Positions 63,115 to 64,000 of a DNA stretch of 64,000 bases are shown piece after piece (within the stretch, counting starts at the first letter, position 1; every line of letters starts with the position of its first letter). Below the pieces are notes generated by a model. That model saw only the letters and a list, made by a program, of their open reading frames with translations, made no database searches and was not told the origin of the DNA. The translations under genes were made by a program, and so were the position numbers. Source of the DNA: Hyphochytrium catenoides (lineage: Eukaryota > Protista > Hyphochytriomycota); contig FLMG01000137.1 of assembly GCA_900088475.1 (NCBI GenBank), forward strand, positions 11,140 to 75,139, given 5' to 3'.

Positions 63115-64000
63115 TCTCTGTCTCTGTCTGTCTCTCTGTCTCTCTCTCGCTCTCTCTCGCTCTGTTTCTCTGTCTGTCTCTCTCTCTCTCTCTCTCCCTT
63201 CTCTCTGTGTGTCTCTCTGCCTCTCTCTCAGTCTCTCATTCTCCCTCATCTTCTTTCCCTTCTTGTTGCTCTCCTCCTCCCCTCTCGCTCTTTCCTCTTC
63301 TCAACTCTCCTCATCTCCCTTCTCTCCCCCTCTCTCCCTCTCTCTTCTTTTCTCTTTTTTCCTCTACCTCTTTCTTGTCCTTCTAGCTCCTCCTTCTCTC
63401 TCATCACCATCTCATCAGCTCTACAATTTGATGGCTTGCTCTGTCTCTGCTGTTGTTCCTTTCTCTTTTGCTCAATTCCCTCCTGCTCTTTCCTTTCTCC
63501 ACGCCCTCTCTCCCACCCTATCTTATGACAACCTTAGCTCTTCCTTCCTCTCTCTCCCTTTCTTTTTGATAGACTGGTGACTCTTAGTTTGGCGACAGCG
63601 TCTCGGCGTCTATCCTCCTCTACGAAGCGGTGATCTGTGTCTTCCTCTCTTTCTCTCCTTCTTTCTCTTCCCTCGGCCATTTTTAGTAAAGCCTTGACTC
63701 TATCGAGAGAAGAAGCGTCCCGGCCACACAGTGAGGGCAGCGAGGGCTTAGGCGTCAGAGATCAAGAAGAAACAGAGGGAGGACAGTGAGAGACAGAGAC
63801 CGAGTGCACAGAGAGCAGGACAGGGAGAGAAGAAGGAAGAGAGAAATGCGGTATGAAAGAGAGAAATCTTGAGACGCAAAGATAGCAGGATGGAGCTCTC
63901 AACACTCAGCTGCTCGACGAAGCCCTGTCCAATAGTCAGAGAGAGTGCGCTACCCTATCTCTCCCGCAGATAGTGGGGAGAGAGAGAGAGAGAGAGAGAG

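Noticed and set aside
63530-63930. Possible minus-strand exon(s) of a gene entering from beyond the window (VKALLKMAEGRERR...)
   Set aside because: Low-complexity sequence at the window edge; the structure cannot be established.

Overview
Gene-dense, intron-rich eukaryotic nuclear DNA with GT-AG introns, CTAAC/CTGAC branch points and many (CT)n/(GA)n microsatellites. By inference from gene content (TEH-loop MAPK, b5-less delta-9 desaturase) it is most likely a stramenopile/ochrophyte protist. I assembled about 14 spliced genes by hand: xanthine dehydrogenase, a catalytically dead calpain with zinc-finger repeats, queuine tRNA-ribosyltransferase, a UBE3B/C-like HECT ligase, an ATP10-like factor, a coiled-coil protein, a TPR-METTL21-family methyltransferase, delta-9 desaturase, DPH2, an atypical MAPK, a small mitochondrial membrane protein, an ELM2-SANT protein, a LAP1/LULL1-like AAA+ pseudo-ATPase and a TPR protein. 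An accessory block (about 31.7-40.3 kb) holds a frameshifted LRR gene and a rearranged Ty1/copia relic, and a possible LINE relic lies at about 6.2-7.9 kb. The best leads are: (1) a torsin-activator (LAP1/LULL1)-like protein with inverted, type-I topology in a protist; (2) a pseudo-calpain carrying five tandem half-LIM fingers; (3) MAPK introns with GA-rich 5' halves and complementary TC-rich 3' halves; (4) a TEH-loop MAPK with a TPX2-like tail; (5) a co-chaperone-type TPR clamp fused to a METTL21-family lysine methyltransferase. All family calls come from recognising motifs by eye; no database searches were run.
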